Assembly: GCA_964633995.1 (NCBI GenBank)
Contig: CAZWKN010000001.1
Location: forward strand, 134,527 to 198,526
Origin: an uncultured Gammaproteobacteria bacterium
GTDB taxonomy: Bacteria > Patescibacteriota > Microgenomatia > CAZETR01 > Amesbacteraceae
Direction: 5' to 3'
DNA: 64,000 bases
Part shown: positions 30,356-38,704 of the stretch, in pieces
Position numbering within the stretch: position 1 is the stretch's first letter
Layout: the number at the start of each line of letters is the position of its first letter
Made by a program: the position numbers and the translations under genes
Notes under the pieces: model-generated
What the model was told of the DNA's origin: nothing
The model's input: the letters and a program-made list of their open reading frames with translations, nothing else
Database searches by the model: none

Positions 30356-30807
30356 AAAAAGGCTTTACCCTCATTGAGTTGATGGTCGGGATTGGGTTGG
30401 TGACAGTTATCACCAGTTTTGGAGTGGCTAGTTTTCGAACTTCATCCAGGAGACAGGCGGTGGATACGGCAGCTGATAGATTGAGACAAGTCTTGCTTCA
30501 GGCGAGAAGTAATGCGTTATATGGAAAGAAGGAATGTACTGGTGGGCCATTGGACGGTTGGCGGGTAGTGGTGGTAGGTAGGACGGTTGTGTTAGAGAAC
30601 GTGTGTGTGGGAAATATTATATCGAGACCCCTAGAGACATTTGCTGGTACCACAGTTAGTGTTTCACCCAATGCTACGATCTTGTTTAAGCCCATTGGGC
30701 AGGGAATTGAGAACGGTTCGGCGTTGTCTACAATGTTTTCTGTGGCCGATTCTTCGATTTCTTACACTAAAACCATAACAGTTACACAGAAGGGGGATGT
30801 AAATTGA
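30352..30807 (+). CDS. Pseudopilin (GspH-like minor pilin)
   Basis: MKKGFTLIELMVGIGLVTVI prepilin N-terminus. Confidence 0.7.
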   Translation: MKKGFTLIELMVGIGLVTVITSFGVASFRTSSRRQAVDTAADRLRQVLLQARSNALYGKKECTGGPLDGWRVVVVGRTVVLENVCVGNIISRPLETFAGTTVSVSPNATILFKPIGQGIENGSALSTMFSVADSSISYTKTITVTQKGDVN

Positions 30808-31238
30808 AAAGAGGGCAAATGATTGTGGAAGCATTAGTGGCGTTTGCCATAGCCATGGTGGCTTTATTGGGACTGGCTCAGGTGACAAATAAATCCGTAG
30901 GTAATTCCGGATTGTCTAAGAGGCAATCGGAAGCGACAGCGTATGCGTCCAGGGTTGTAGAATATCTACGCGATCAAAAAAATACCCAGGGGTGGAGTGG
31001 ACTTAAATCTAGTTATTCTGGGAGCAATTATTGCTATGACGGCTCGACATTAAATGCCTTAGCAAGTTGCGTGATAACGGGAACTGAATTTACTAGCACC
31101 GTTACTGTCGCGTACGTGACCCCTACCCCGCCAGGTCCTGCCGGATCTGAAATTATGAAGATAAGTTCAAATGTTTCGTGGGTGGAAGGAGGATTAACTC
31201 ATTTTGCTAAACAATCTGCGGAATTGGTTAAATACTGA
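30804..31238 (+). CDS. Pseudopilin (GspI/PilV-like minor pilin)
   Basis: MKRGQMIVEALVAFAIAMVALLGL N-terminus (cleavage after G, Glu+5). Confidence 0.6.
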   Translation: MKRGQMIVEALVAFAIAMVALLGLAQVTNKSVGNSGLSKRQSEATAYASRVVEYLRDQKNTQGWSGLKSSYSGSNYCYDGSTLNALASCVITGTEFTSTVTVAYVTPTPPGPAGSEIMKISSNVSWVEGGLTHFAKQSAELVKY

Positions 31239-31239
31239 C

Positions 31240-31710
31240 ATGAAAGGTTTTTCGTTGATCGAAATAATTGTCGGAATTGGGTTGATGGCTTTGATTTCGA
31301 TGACGGCGACATTGCTACTAACCTCTTCTTTGCGTAGTGCCAGAAAAGCGGCGGCAATTGCACTGGTTAAAAACGAGGGTAATTGGATACTTAATTCGAT
31401 GGTGGGGATGACAAAATACGCGGCTAGTATTTCGACTTGTAATGCGAATCAGTTGAGTGTACTTAGACTTGATGGAACAACGATTGATTATACGTTTTCC
31501 GGGACATCAATAGCATCGAACGGGGCCAATCTGAATTCGAATGGAGTAAGTGTAAGTAGTTGTGCTCCGGTGTTTACGTGCTCGTCTTCTTCTAGCGTGA
31601 CAATTTGTTTTAATTTGGAAAAAGCGGGAGCGACGGATGTAACGGATAGATCTTCGGTGTCAGGAATTCAGTTCAAAAAACAAGTGGTTTTGCGCAACTT
31701 CGGCAATTGA
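31240..31710 (+). CDS. Pseudopilin (GspJ/PilW-like minor pilin)
   Basis: Start MKGFSLIEIIVGIGLMALI (31240). Confidence 0.65.
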   Translation: MKGFSLIEIIVGIGLMALISMTATLLLTSSLRSARKAAAIALVKNEGNWILNSMVGMTKYAASISTCNANQLSVLRLDGTTIDYTFSGTSIASNGANLNSNGVSVSSCAPVFTCSSSSSVTICFNLEKAGATDVTDRSSVSGIQFKKQVVLRNFGN

Positions 31711-31742
31711 CAACCAAGTCAGTAAATCAGCATAATGGAACC

Positions 31743-32498
31743 ATGAAACGCGGTCAGGCGGTATTGATGGTGTTGCTGATAATGTCGGTGGCTCTAACTT
31801 TGGGTTTGGCGGTGGTATCCAGAAGTGTGACGGAAATTAATGTGTCTACCACTCAAGAAGAATCGTCTAAGGCTTTGGAGGCTGCGGAGGCCGGAGTAGA
31901 AAATGCGTTGGGTGGAGTGGTGGCTGGGCCGTCGGGTGGAGGAACATTGACTGGAACAAATGCTACGTTTTCGGTAGCTAATACTAGTGTGGGTGGGGGC
32001 GGATCGTATAGTACAGTTGATGCAATTGAGCCGGGTGATGTGATAACGGTTGATGTGACTGGTACCAGTCAAAATATTAAACTATGCTGGGGTACTGAGA
32101 CAGGAATTACGCCTGCGGTTGAGGTTATGTTGTATTACGACAATTCGGGTGTAAAGGTGGCCAGATGGGGGTATGATCCTCAAAACAGCCCGGTCAGGCC
32201 AAATGGTTTTGATAATGGATCTGACGGTAATTGTACTGGTGGGTTTAATTATTCTAAAAATATGACCTTGACCGTAACAGGAGCCCGAAGATATTTGAGG
32301 ATTCGGCCTTTGTATAACTCGACTAAATTTAGTTTGGTAGCAGCCGGTGGTGATAGTTTCCCCACACAAGGTCAGGATATAACATCGACCGGACAGGCAG
32401 GATCAGTAAGTCAAAAGATCCATGTGACAGTTTCTAATTCTGATTTGCCAACAATGTTTGATAACGCTATTTTTTCCGGGACGAGTTTGACTAAATAA
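31743..32498 (+). CDS. PilX/GspK-like minor pilin
   Basis: Start MKRGQAVLMVLLIMSVALTLGLAVVSRS (PilX_N-like), large Gly/Thr-rich C-terminal domain. Confidence 0.6.
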   Translation: MKRGQAVLMVLLIMSVALTLGLAVVSRSVTEINVSTTQEESSKALEAAEAGVENALGGVVAGPSGGGTLTGTNATFSVANTSVGGGGSYSTVDAIEPGDVITVDVTGTSQNIKLCWGTETGITPAVEVMLYYDNSGVKVARWGYDPQNSPVRPNGFDNGSDGNCTGGFNYSKNMTLTVTGARRYLRIRPLYNSTKFSLVAAGGDSFPTQGQDITSTGQAGSVSQKIHVTVSNSDLPTMFDNAIFSGTSLTK

Positions 32499-32499
32499 T

Positions 32500-33522
32500 A
32501 TGAGTGATCTGCCCAAAATAGGAATTGATATAGGTTCCACGTCGATAAAACTGGTGGAGCTGATGCCAAACGGCCACAACAAGTGGAAATTGTTGTCTGC
32601 TGCCACAATGGGATCTCCAAAAGGTGGGGTAATGGGAAACCAGAATAATTTGGCGTCTGTGACGGCGGCAGTGGTTAAAATTTTAAAAGAAGCATCTGTT
32701 AAAAGTAAGCGGGTGGTGGTGGCCCTGCCGGAAGAGCAGGTATCTTCACACGTGGTGGAGATGCCCCTGATGAATGACGATGAGATTAGGCAAGCTTTGC
32801 AGTGGCAGGTAGAACAATATATTCCGATTCCAGCAGATAAGGCGGTTTGGAGTTATGAAGTAATAAAAAAGGATCAGGCGGGTGGGGGCATGGAAGTACT
32901 TTTGGTGGCTGCTGCTAAGAGTTTGGTAGCTTCTTATACCCAGGTGCTTGAACAAGCAGGGTTAGAGGTTGTAGCGCTTGAAACAGAATTGATGGCCTCT
33001 ACCAGGTCCGAGGTGCCGGATAACTACCCCCTGTCCATGCTAGTTGATATAGGATCTAGGAGTACGGATTTGGGAGTGGTTAGGAATAGTCAGTTGGTAT
33101 TTACCCGGACAATTCCAACAGCTGGTGATGCGTTTTCGAGGGCAATTGAGTCCGGTTTGGGATTGGATAGTGTACAAGCTGAACAATATAAAAACACTTA
33201 TGGTTTTATACAAGGCAGGTTGGATGGAAAACTAGTCGCCGTAATGACACCGGTTTTAAATATTATCGGGGCGGAGATTAAAAAAACGATAGACTTTTAT
33301 ACGTCTAAGCACGCAGGCGAAACGCTGAAAGTCATTACTTTGTCAGGCGGGGTTTCTTTACTGCCTGAAGTCGTGGGGCTGATATCGGGATTGGTGGGCG
33401 TAGAAGTGTCGGTTGGTAATCCTTTTGCTAAGGTGAGTTTGGACCAAAAACAATCGAAGTCGCTTTTGGGGAGTGCACCTTTTTATGGTGTTGCGACAGG
33501 ATTGGCAATGAGAACAATATGA
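32500..33522 (+). CDS. pilM: Type IV pilus assembly protein PilM (actin-like ATPase fold)
   Basis: 340 aa; IGIDIGSTSIKLVEL N-terminal actin-fold phosphate-1 motif, SLSGGVS-type C-terminal motif. Confidence 0.85.
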   Translation: MSDLPKIGIDIGSTSIKLVELMPNGHNKWKLLSAATMGSPKGGVMGNQNNLASVTAAVVKILKEASVKSKRVVVALPEEQVSSHVVEMPLMNDDEIRQALQWQVEQYIPIPADKAVWSYEVIKKDQAGGGMEVLLVAAAKSLVASYTQVLEQAGLEVVALETELMASTRSEVPDNYPLSMLVDIGSRSTDLGVVRNSQLVFTRTIPTAGDAFSRAIESGLGLDSVQAEQYKNTYGFIQGRLDGKLVAVMTPVLNIIGAEIKKTIDFYTSKHAGETLKVITLSGGVSLLPEVVGLISGLVGVEVSVGNPFAKVSLDQKQSKSLLGSAPFYGVATGLAMRTI

Positions 33523-34037
33523 TCAATCTAAAGCCTGAGAAACAGAAAAGTTCCGGACTTTTTGAAAAATACAGGAAGCCTGTTTTACTACTGACTACAC
33601 TTGTTTTTGTAAGCTATATAGTTACGATTTCGGGTTTGACTGGATGGTGGGTTTATTGGAATAGGAAAGAAATAGTGACTACGGCAGAGGAAGTGAGCTT
33701 GCAAAAGCAGATTAATGCAATGGTTACAAAAGAAGTTTTGTACCGCAAACAGGAGGGTCGGGTGAGGGATCTGGATAGATTTTTGGGGGAGTTTGTAAGT
33801 ACTGCTAGTTTATCGGGAATGTTGGTAGACGATAGTATTGAGGTACTGGCGTGGGATTTTGATTTAAATACGGCAAAACAGAATATTTCAGTTAGTTCGA
33901 GAAAAAATGCTGATTTGGTGAAGTTTTCTGACAAATTGGCTAACAGATACTCGTCTGTAGTTGCCGGGCCAATTACATTAGATGACAATGGAACTTGGGA
34001 AATGGTCGTGAGCGTGAAAGGAGACAAGTGGAAATAA
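33519..34037 (+). CDS. pilN: PilN-like pilus assembly protein
   Basis: 172 aa; short cytoplasmic N-terminus (PilM-binding), single TM, coiled-coil periplasmic domain; 4-nt overlap with pilM. Confidence 0.7.
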   Translation: MINLKPEKQKSSGLFEKYRKPVLLLTTLVFVSYIVTISGLTGWWVYWNRKEIVTTAEEVSLQKQINAMVTKEVLYRKQEGRVRDLDRFLGEFVSTASLSGMLVDDSIEVLAWDFDLNTAKQNISVSSRKNADLVKFSDKLANRYSSVVAGPITLDDNGTWEMVVSVKGDKWK

Positions 34038-34054
34038 TTAAGAAGAGTTTGTGG

Positions 34055-34705
34055 ATGGTGTATCCATTGATGGTTATGGTATTTATATTCTTGAGTTTGA
34101 ATTATTTGTTTGGAGCAGGTCAAGAATTTCAACGCTTTGTGGATAGGCAAAAAAATGTAGGTGATTTGGAGGTTCGGATAGCAAGTTTAAAAAACAAGTT
34201 GGCGGTGGTTTCGGGGGTGAATGTGGTAGAAACTGAAAATAATTTAAAAACACTTTTGGAAGCCATGCCGCCTGCAAGACGGTTGTGGGTGGTGGTAAGT
34301 GAAGTGCGATTGGCAGCATCTGAATCAGGGTTGGTGGTGGATGCGTTTAGGGGGGTAGGGGGAGAAGTAAGGGAGTCGTCTGGGGCAGCTGAGGCCTTGG
34401 TGTTGGATGTGGATTTGAAGGTGGGAGGCGTCGGAGAACTTAGAGATTTTCTTTCAAAGCTTGAGAGCAAAAAACCATTAGTTAAGGTTAAGAAAATTAA
34501 ATATGACGGGAATCAGGTGACTGTATCGGTGGAAGGGGCGTGGTCTGCGTGGACTAAACTGACTACCGATACTAATTTACCACTGAAACCTTATGGGTCC
34601 CTTTTGGCAGCCGTGTTAAAAAAGCTGGAGGGTTATGAAGGATTGGGGAATACAAGCCAAGGTGTAAGTAGTGGATCTGGAGAGGTAAATACTAATCCGT
34701 TTTGA
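34055..34705 (+). CDS. pilO: PilO-like pilus assembly protein
   Basis: Start MVYPLMVMVFIFLSL (TM), coiled-coil, Gly/Val-rich C-terminus; position after pilN. Confidence 0.55.
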   Translation: MVYPLMVMVFIFLSLNYLFGAGQEFQRFVDRQKNVGDLEVRIASLKNKLAVVSGVNVVETENNLKTLLEAMPPARRLWVVVSEVRLAASESGLVVDAFRGVGGEVRESSGAAEALVLDVDLKVGGVGELRDFLSKLESKKPLVKVKKIKYDGNQVTVSVEGAWSAWTKLTTDTNLPLKPYGSLLAAVLKKLEGYEGLGNTSQGVSSGSGEVNTNPF

Positions 34706-34937
34706 GTGGTTTTTCGGGGGAATTGAGTATGAGGTTGACGGTCGGAAGCTGGTGAAGGGCACAGTACGTTTTTACCAGGGTGCGTAGACTATGAATGACT
34801 GAGCCGTGTTTACCGATAATTTTCCCTACTTCGGCATCGTCTACTTTGACTACAACCGTGCGCTCTTCTGTGGTGATTTCGAGTTTGTCGGGTTGTTCAA
34901 GAAGTGGGGTAATAAGAAAACGGACAAAATCTTCCAT
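34692..34937 (-). CDS. KH-domain RNA-binding protein (YlqC/UPF0109 family)
   Basis: 81 aa; VGKIIGKHGSVIHSLRTLV is a KH GXXG loop; sits next to rpsP as in the conserved rpsP-ylqC arrangement. Confidence 0.75.
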   Translation of the reverse strand: MEDFVRFLITPLLEQPDKLEITTEERTVVVKVDDAEVGKIIGKHGSVIHSLRTLVKTYCALHQLPTVNLILNSPEKPLKTD

Positions 34938-34938
34938 A

Positions 34939-35166
34939 TTATTTTGCTTTTTGGATTAATTTGGCAATTGTGGGAGTGGGCTTAGCACCTTTACTTAGCC
35001 AGTAGTCCAAACGTTTTTTGTCGACGACTAGTTGCTTTGATAGGGGGTGGTAATGGCCAATTACGTCAGTGGCGGTTCCGGTAATTTTCGAATGTTCTTC
35101 GCACACAAAAATCCGGTAGTGGCGTTCCCCTTTTTTTCCAAACGGCGAAAGCTTGATTTTTAGCAT
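34939..35166 (-). CDS. rpsP: 30S ribosomal protein S16
   Basis: MLKIKLSPFGKKGERHYRIFVCEEHSKITG... matches the S16 N-terminus. Confidence 0.9.
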   Translation of the reverse strand: MLKIKLSPFGKKGERHYRIFVCEEHSKITGTATDVIGHYHPLSKQLVVDKKRLDYWLSKGAKPTPTIAKLIQKAK

Positions 35167-35179
35167 AGTGTCGATTTTA

Positions 35180-35839
35180 TCATTGTGGAAAGAGTTTGGC
35201 TAGAGCGGCTCCTGCAGCATCGGTTTCTGCACGTTGTTTACTCGTTCCTGAGCCGGTTGCTATTTCTTTGCCCGCGACACTGACGCTAATGGAAAAATGT
35301 TTGGCGTGATCTGGACCGTCTGTGGCTATTATGGCGTAGATGGGCGTCCCCCATCCCTTGGATTGCGAGAGTTCCTGAAGTAAGCTTTTGGGGTCTTTGG
35401 TCTGAATGTTTGCGGTAAGTTCTTCGTCTGGAAAAATCTCTTGTAAATATGCTTGACAGGCCTCCAGGCCCGAGTCAAGAAAAAGTGCTCCAAGTACGGC
35501 TTCGAAGGTGTTTGCAAGAAGGCTGACATTAGTTCTGCCGCCGGAGTCTTCTTCGCCGTGGCTTAATAAGATTAGTTTATCAAGACCCAGGAAAAGCGAT
35601 TTATTTGCCAAAGACGAAGTTTGGACCAGAAAAGATCTGCGGCTAGTCATCTCGCCTTCGGGAATAGTAGGCAGAAGGACATATAAACGATGAGAAGTAA
35701 TAAGTGATAAGACAGAGTCGCCCAAAAACTCGAGTCGTTCGTTTGACTCTGTTTCAGAGTGTTCGTTGCAATAAGATCTGTGGATGAGTGCTTGGTGAAG
35801 AAGGGCGGGATTTTGAAAATAAGTAGCAAGAGGTTTCAT
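35180..35839 (-). CDS. rnc: Ribonuclease III
   Basis: 219 aa; NERLEFLGDSVLSL catalytic signature; C-terminal dsRBD (KQRAETDAAGAALAKL). Confidence 0.9.
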   Translation of the reverse strand: MKPLATYFQNPALLHQALIHRSYCNEHSETESNERLEFLGDSVLSLITSHRLYVLLPTIPEGEMTSRRSFLVQTSSLANKSLFLGLDKLILLSHGEEDSGGRTNVSLLANTFEAVLGALFLDSGLEACQAYLQEIFPDEELTANIQTKDPKSLLQELSQSKGWGTPIYAIIATDGPDHAKHFSISVSVAGKEIATGSGTSKQRAETDAAGAALAKLFPQ

Positions 35840-36094
35840 TTAGGTAATGTCGTTGTCCTCTTCGTCGTAGCCAAAGGCGAGTACGAGGTCTCCAATGGTG
35901 GTAATTTTGGGGATTTTTTCCTCAGCAAGTGTGAGACTTAAGGCGTCTTCGATGCGATGAAACAAGTCGGCTAATTCATCCGGGGTTTGGTGGAGGTCGT
36001 GTATAAAGTTGGTATCGATCGTAAGGCTTTGACCGGATGACTTGAATTCATCTGATAAAAATTCAAGAATGGCTGATTTAAGATGATTGTTCAT
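35840..36094 (-). CDS. Acyl-carrier-protein-like small acidic protein
   Basis: Start [13 protein letters not shown]; four-helix acidic ACP-like profile, but no canonical DSL phosphopantetheine motif. Confidence 0.4.
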   Translation of the reverse strand: MNNHLKSAILEFLSDEFKSSGQSLTIDTNFIHDLHQTPDELADLFHRIEDALSLTLAEEKIPKITTIGDLVLAFGYDEEDNDIT

Positions 36095-36437
36095 TGGTGT
36101 GGATGATCTTTCCCAGGACCCCGTTAATGAAGGCCGGGCTACTGCTACCGCCGTATTCTTTTGCAAGTTCTACGGCCTCGTCAATAATAACTTTGTAGGG
36201 GGCAGTCTTGTCAATACTGAGTTCGTAAATTGCCAGTCGGAGGATGGCTAGATCGATTGGGTTGAGCTTGGCAAGTGGCCATTCTGGGGCACTGGCTGCT
36301 ATTTGAGGGTCGATGGTACCTAAATGTTCCCAGATATTGGCTATGGATGGGTCGGGTTGTTTTTGAAATGAAGATGAGAAAAGACGCTGAATTATTTTGG
36401 CCCGGTGTTGATGCCTGGGATCTGAAGATGTTTTCAT
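36078..36437 (-). CDS. nusB: Transcription antitermination factor NusB
   Basis: 119 aa; [12 protein letters not shown]...[13 protein letters not shown]...[14 protein letters not shown]. Confidence 0.85.
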   Translation of the reverse strand: MKTSSDPRHQHRAKIIQRLFSSSFQKQPDPSIANIWEHLGTIDPQIAASAPEWPLAKLNPIDLAILRLAIYELSIDKTAPYKVIIDEAVELAKEYGGSSSPAFINGVLGKIIHTNEQSS

Positions 36438-36607
36438 TAACTGACCTTTTTGCCTTTATAGAAACCACAGTGGGCACAAGCCCTGTGGGAGCGGGTGGGC
36501 TGGTGACAATTGGTGCATTCGACTAAAGAAGGGATGGCAACTTTGAGAGTTGCGCGACGTTTCCCTTGACGGGCGGTTGACCAACGGCGTTTTGGAAGTG
36601 GTGTCAT
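36437..36607 (-). CDS. rpmF: 50S ribosomal protein L32
   Basis: Start [19 protein letters not shown]...[28 protein letters not shown] (C4 zinc ribbon); ATG lies 1 nt from the recG stop. Confidence 0.8.
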   Translation of the reverse strand: MTPLPKRRWSTARQGKRRATLKVAIPSLVECTNCHQPTRSHRACAHCGFYKGKKVS

Positions 36608-36608
36608 A

Positions 36609-38600
36609 TTAGTTTGGCAATACAGAGTCGATTTTACCTTGATCGACGAGAGAGCGCAATACTGGCAGTTGGGAAAGTATGGGAAAAAGCTTGTCTGAAG
36701 CGTTTTGAGCGCGAGCAATAGCCTCGATATCTGAATAATCGGCTATTTTTAGTGCAGAAGCGCCGTGTTGGGAAATGCCATATATTTGGCCTGGACCGCG
36801 TAATTTTAAATCTATTTCGGCCAAATCTAGGCCTGAATAGTGGTTTTCCATGGCTTTGAGCCGCATGTTGGGGGTTTCTGAGAATAATAAACAATATGAT
36901 TGGAACTGGCCACGACCAACTCTGCCTCTCAATTGATGTAGTTGAGACAAGCCAAATCTTTCTGCGGCTTCTATGATCATAATATTGGCATTTGGAATAT
37001 CAATTCCGACCTCTACGATTGGTGTGCAAACCAGAATATCAAGTTGATGTTCTTTAAATTGCTGCATAATGGCATCTTTTTCTTTTGGTTTCAGTTTGCC
37101 ATGCAATAAGCCTAATTTTTGATCTTTAAAAATTGATTTAAGGTGGTTGAATTCTGTTGTGGCAGATTTAATAGTAGCGGCAGACTCACTTTCGGTTATA
37201 AAGGGGCAGACCCAAAAAGCCTGGGAGGAGTTGGTAGTGAGTTGGTTGGTTATCCAAGTATAGGACGGAATGCGTTTAGTTTCTGGGACCACCCAGGTTT
37301 TGACCATTTTTCTACCTTTCGGAATTTGGGAAAGTACCGATAGGTCCAAGTCGCCGTATAGGGTTAAGGCAACTGTTCTGGGAATTGGTGTGGCTGTCAT
37401 GGTCAAGACGTGTGGGGATTTTCCAAGTTGGGTTGCTAGTGCTCGTTGGGTGACTCCAAAACGATGTTGTTCGTCAATAACAACCAGACCTACTCGGTCA
37501 AAGTCCAGGTGTTTGGAAAGAAGGGCGTGGGTGCCTACGATTATTGCATATTGCGTATTGCTAATGGCTAATTTTTTTTGTGATGTCACAAGGCCAATTT
37601 TTATATTTAACTGGTTGAACAACGACGACAGGGTGTCGTAATGTTGTTGGGCTAGGATTTGGGTAGGAGCCAAAATCACGGTTTGGAAGGAGTTGAGATG
37701 GCTGATTAAAGCGGCGATGGCTGCGATTACAGTTTTGCCGCTACCAACATCTCCTTCCAGCAATCTATTCATCGGGGTGGTTTTTTGAAGGTCACTGGTT
37801 ATTTCTGTAAGCACCTGAAGTTGGGAGGTGGTAAGAGTAAATGGAAGAGTTGAAATAAAATCCTGTACCTGTTGTGTTGGAATAGTGAATGGATGAGTAA
37901 GTACGGTTTTTTTCCACAGTGCTTTGCGAGATAGTGAAACCAGCTGAGCAATAAGTAGCTCATCAAAAGCTAGGCGATTTTTATAGATATTTGATGCTAG
38001 GTCGTAGATCCTGGAGGGTATGTGGATTTCACGGATAGCATCTTGCCAGGAGATCGGATGAGTTCCTGTGGGAAGAAAATCGTTAAGACTAAGCGAGGAT
38101 AACAGCTGGAAAATTTTTGTTCTTAGGTATTTGGAGCTTATTCCTGCCGTTTCGGGATAGACGGAAATAATTCTGCCCATATGCAGTAGTTCGTGGTTTG
38201 TAATAAGTTCGTAATCTGGAGAGATCAAGGCTTTGTTGTGACCATAAAATTCTACTTTTCCAAAAAGAGCTATTTCTGATCCAATAGTTAAAGTCCGAGT
38301 GAGGAAGGGCTGGTGGAACCACAGAATTTTGATAACACCTGTGGAATCCGAAATTGTCCCCGTTTGGATGACCCTGCCCTTTTTTGTGTAATCATTTTTG
38401 AGTGAATCCAGTCTGCCAATTATAGTAACCTGATCCCCTATTTTAAGATCTGAGATGTGTTTGATGAGACTGCGATCCTCATAACGGAATGGAATGTGGT
38501 ATAACAAATCAAAGACTGAAAAGATGTCTAGTTTATTAAGTTTTTTGGCCATAATGGGGCCTACACCAGAAAGGTCGGTGATCGGAGATGTCAAGTTCAT
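36609..38600 (-). CDS. recG: ATP-dependent DNA helicase RecG
   Basis: Start MNLTSPITDLSGVGPIMAKKL (38600); wedge domain; helicase motifs DVGSGKTVIA, DEQHRFG, C-terminal RecG domains. Confidence 0.9.
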   Translation of the reverse strand: MNLTSPITDLSGVGPIMAKKLNKLDIFSVFDLLYHIPFRYEDRSLIKHISDLKIGDQVTIIGRLDSLKNDYTKKGRVIQTGTISDSTGVIKILWFHQPFLTRTLTIGSEIALFGKVEFYGHNKALISPDYELITNHELLHMGRIISVYPETAGISSKYLRTKIFQLLSSLSLNDFLPTGTHPISWQDAIREIHIPSRIYDLASNIYKNRLAFDELLIAQLVSLSRKALWKKTVLTHPFTIPTQQVQDFISTLPFTLTTSQLQVLTEITSDLQKTTPMNRLLEGDVGSGKTVIAAIAALISHLNSFQTVILAPTQILAQQHYDTLSSLFNQLNIKIGLVTSQKKLAISNTQYAIIVGTHALLSKHLDFDRVGLVVIDEQHRFGVTQRALATQLGKSPHVLTMTATPIPRTVALTLYGDLDLSVLSQIPKGRKMVKTWVVPETKRIPSYTWITNQLTTNSSQAFWVCPFITESESAATIKSATTEFNHLKSIFKDQKLGLLHGKLKPKEKDAIMQQFKEHQLDILVCTPIVEVGIDIPNANIMIIEAAERFGLSQLHQLRGRVGRGQFQSYCLLFSETPNMRLKAMENHYSGLDLAEIDLKLRGPGQIYGISQHGASALKIADYSDIEAIARAQNASDKLFPILSQLPVLRSLVDQGKIDSVLPN

Positions 38601-38704
38601 TACAAGGTGACGCTTATGTAGGGCAAGATTGTACCCAGGATGAGAGCAAGGCTGGAAATGACCACGATGATGCTCCAAATCCGGCGTTGTTTGCGGGTAA
38701 GCAT

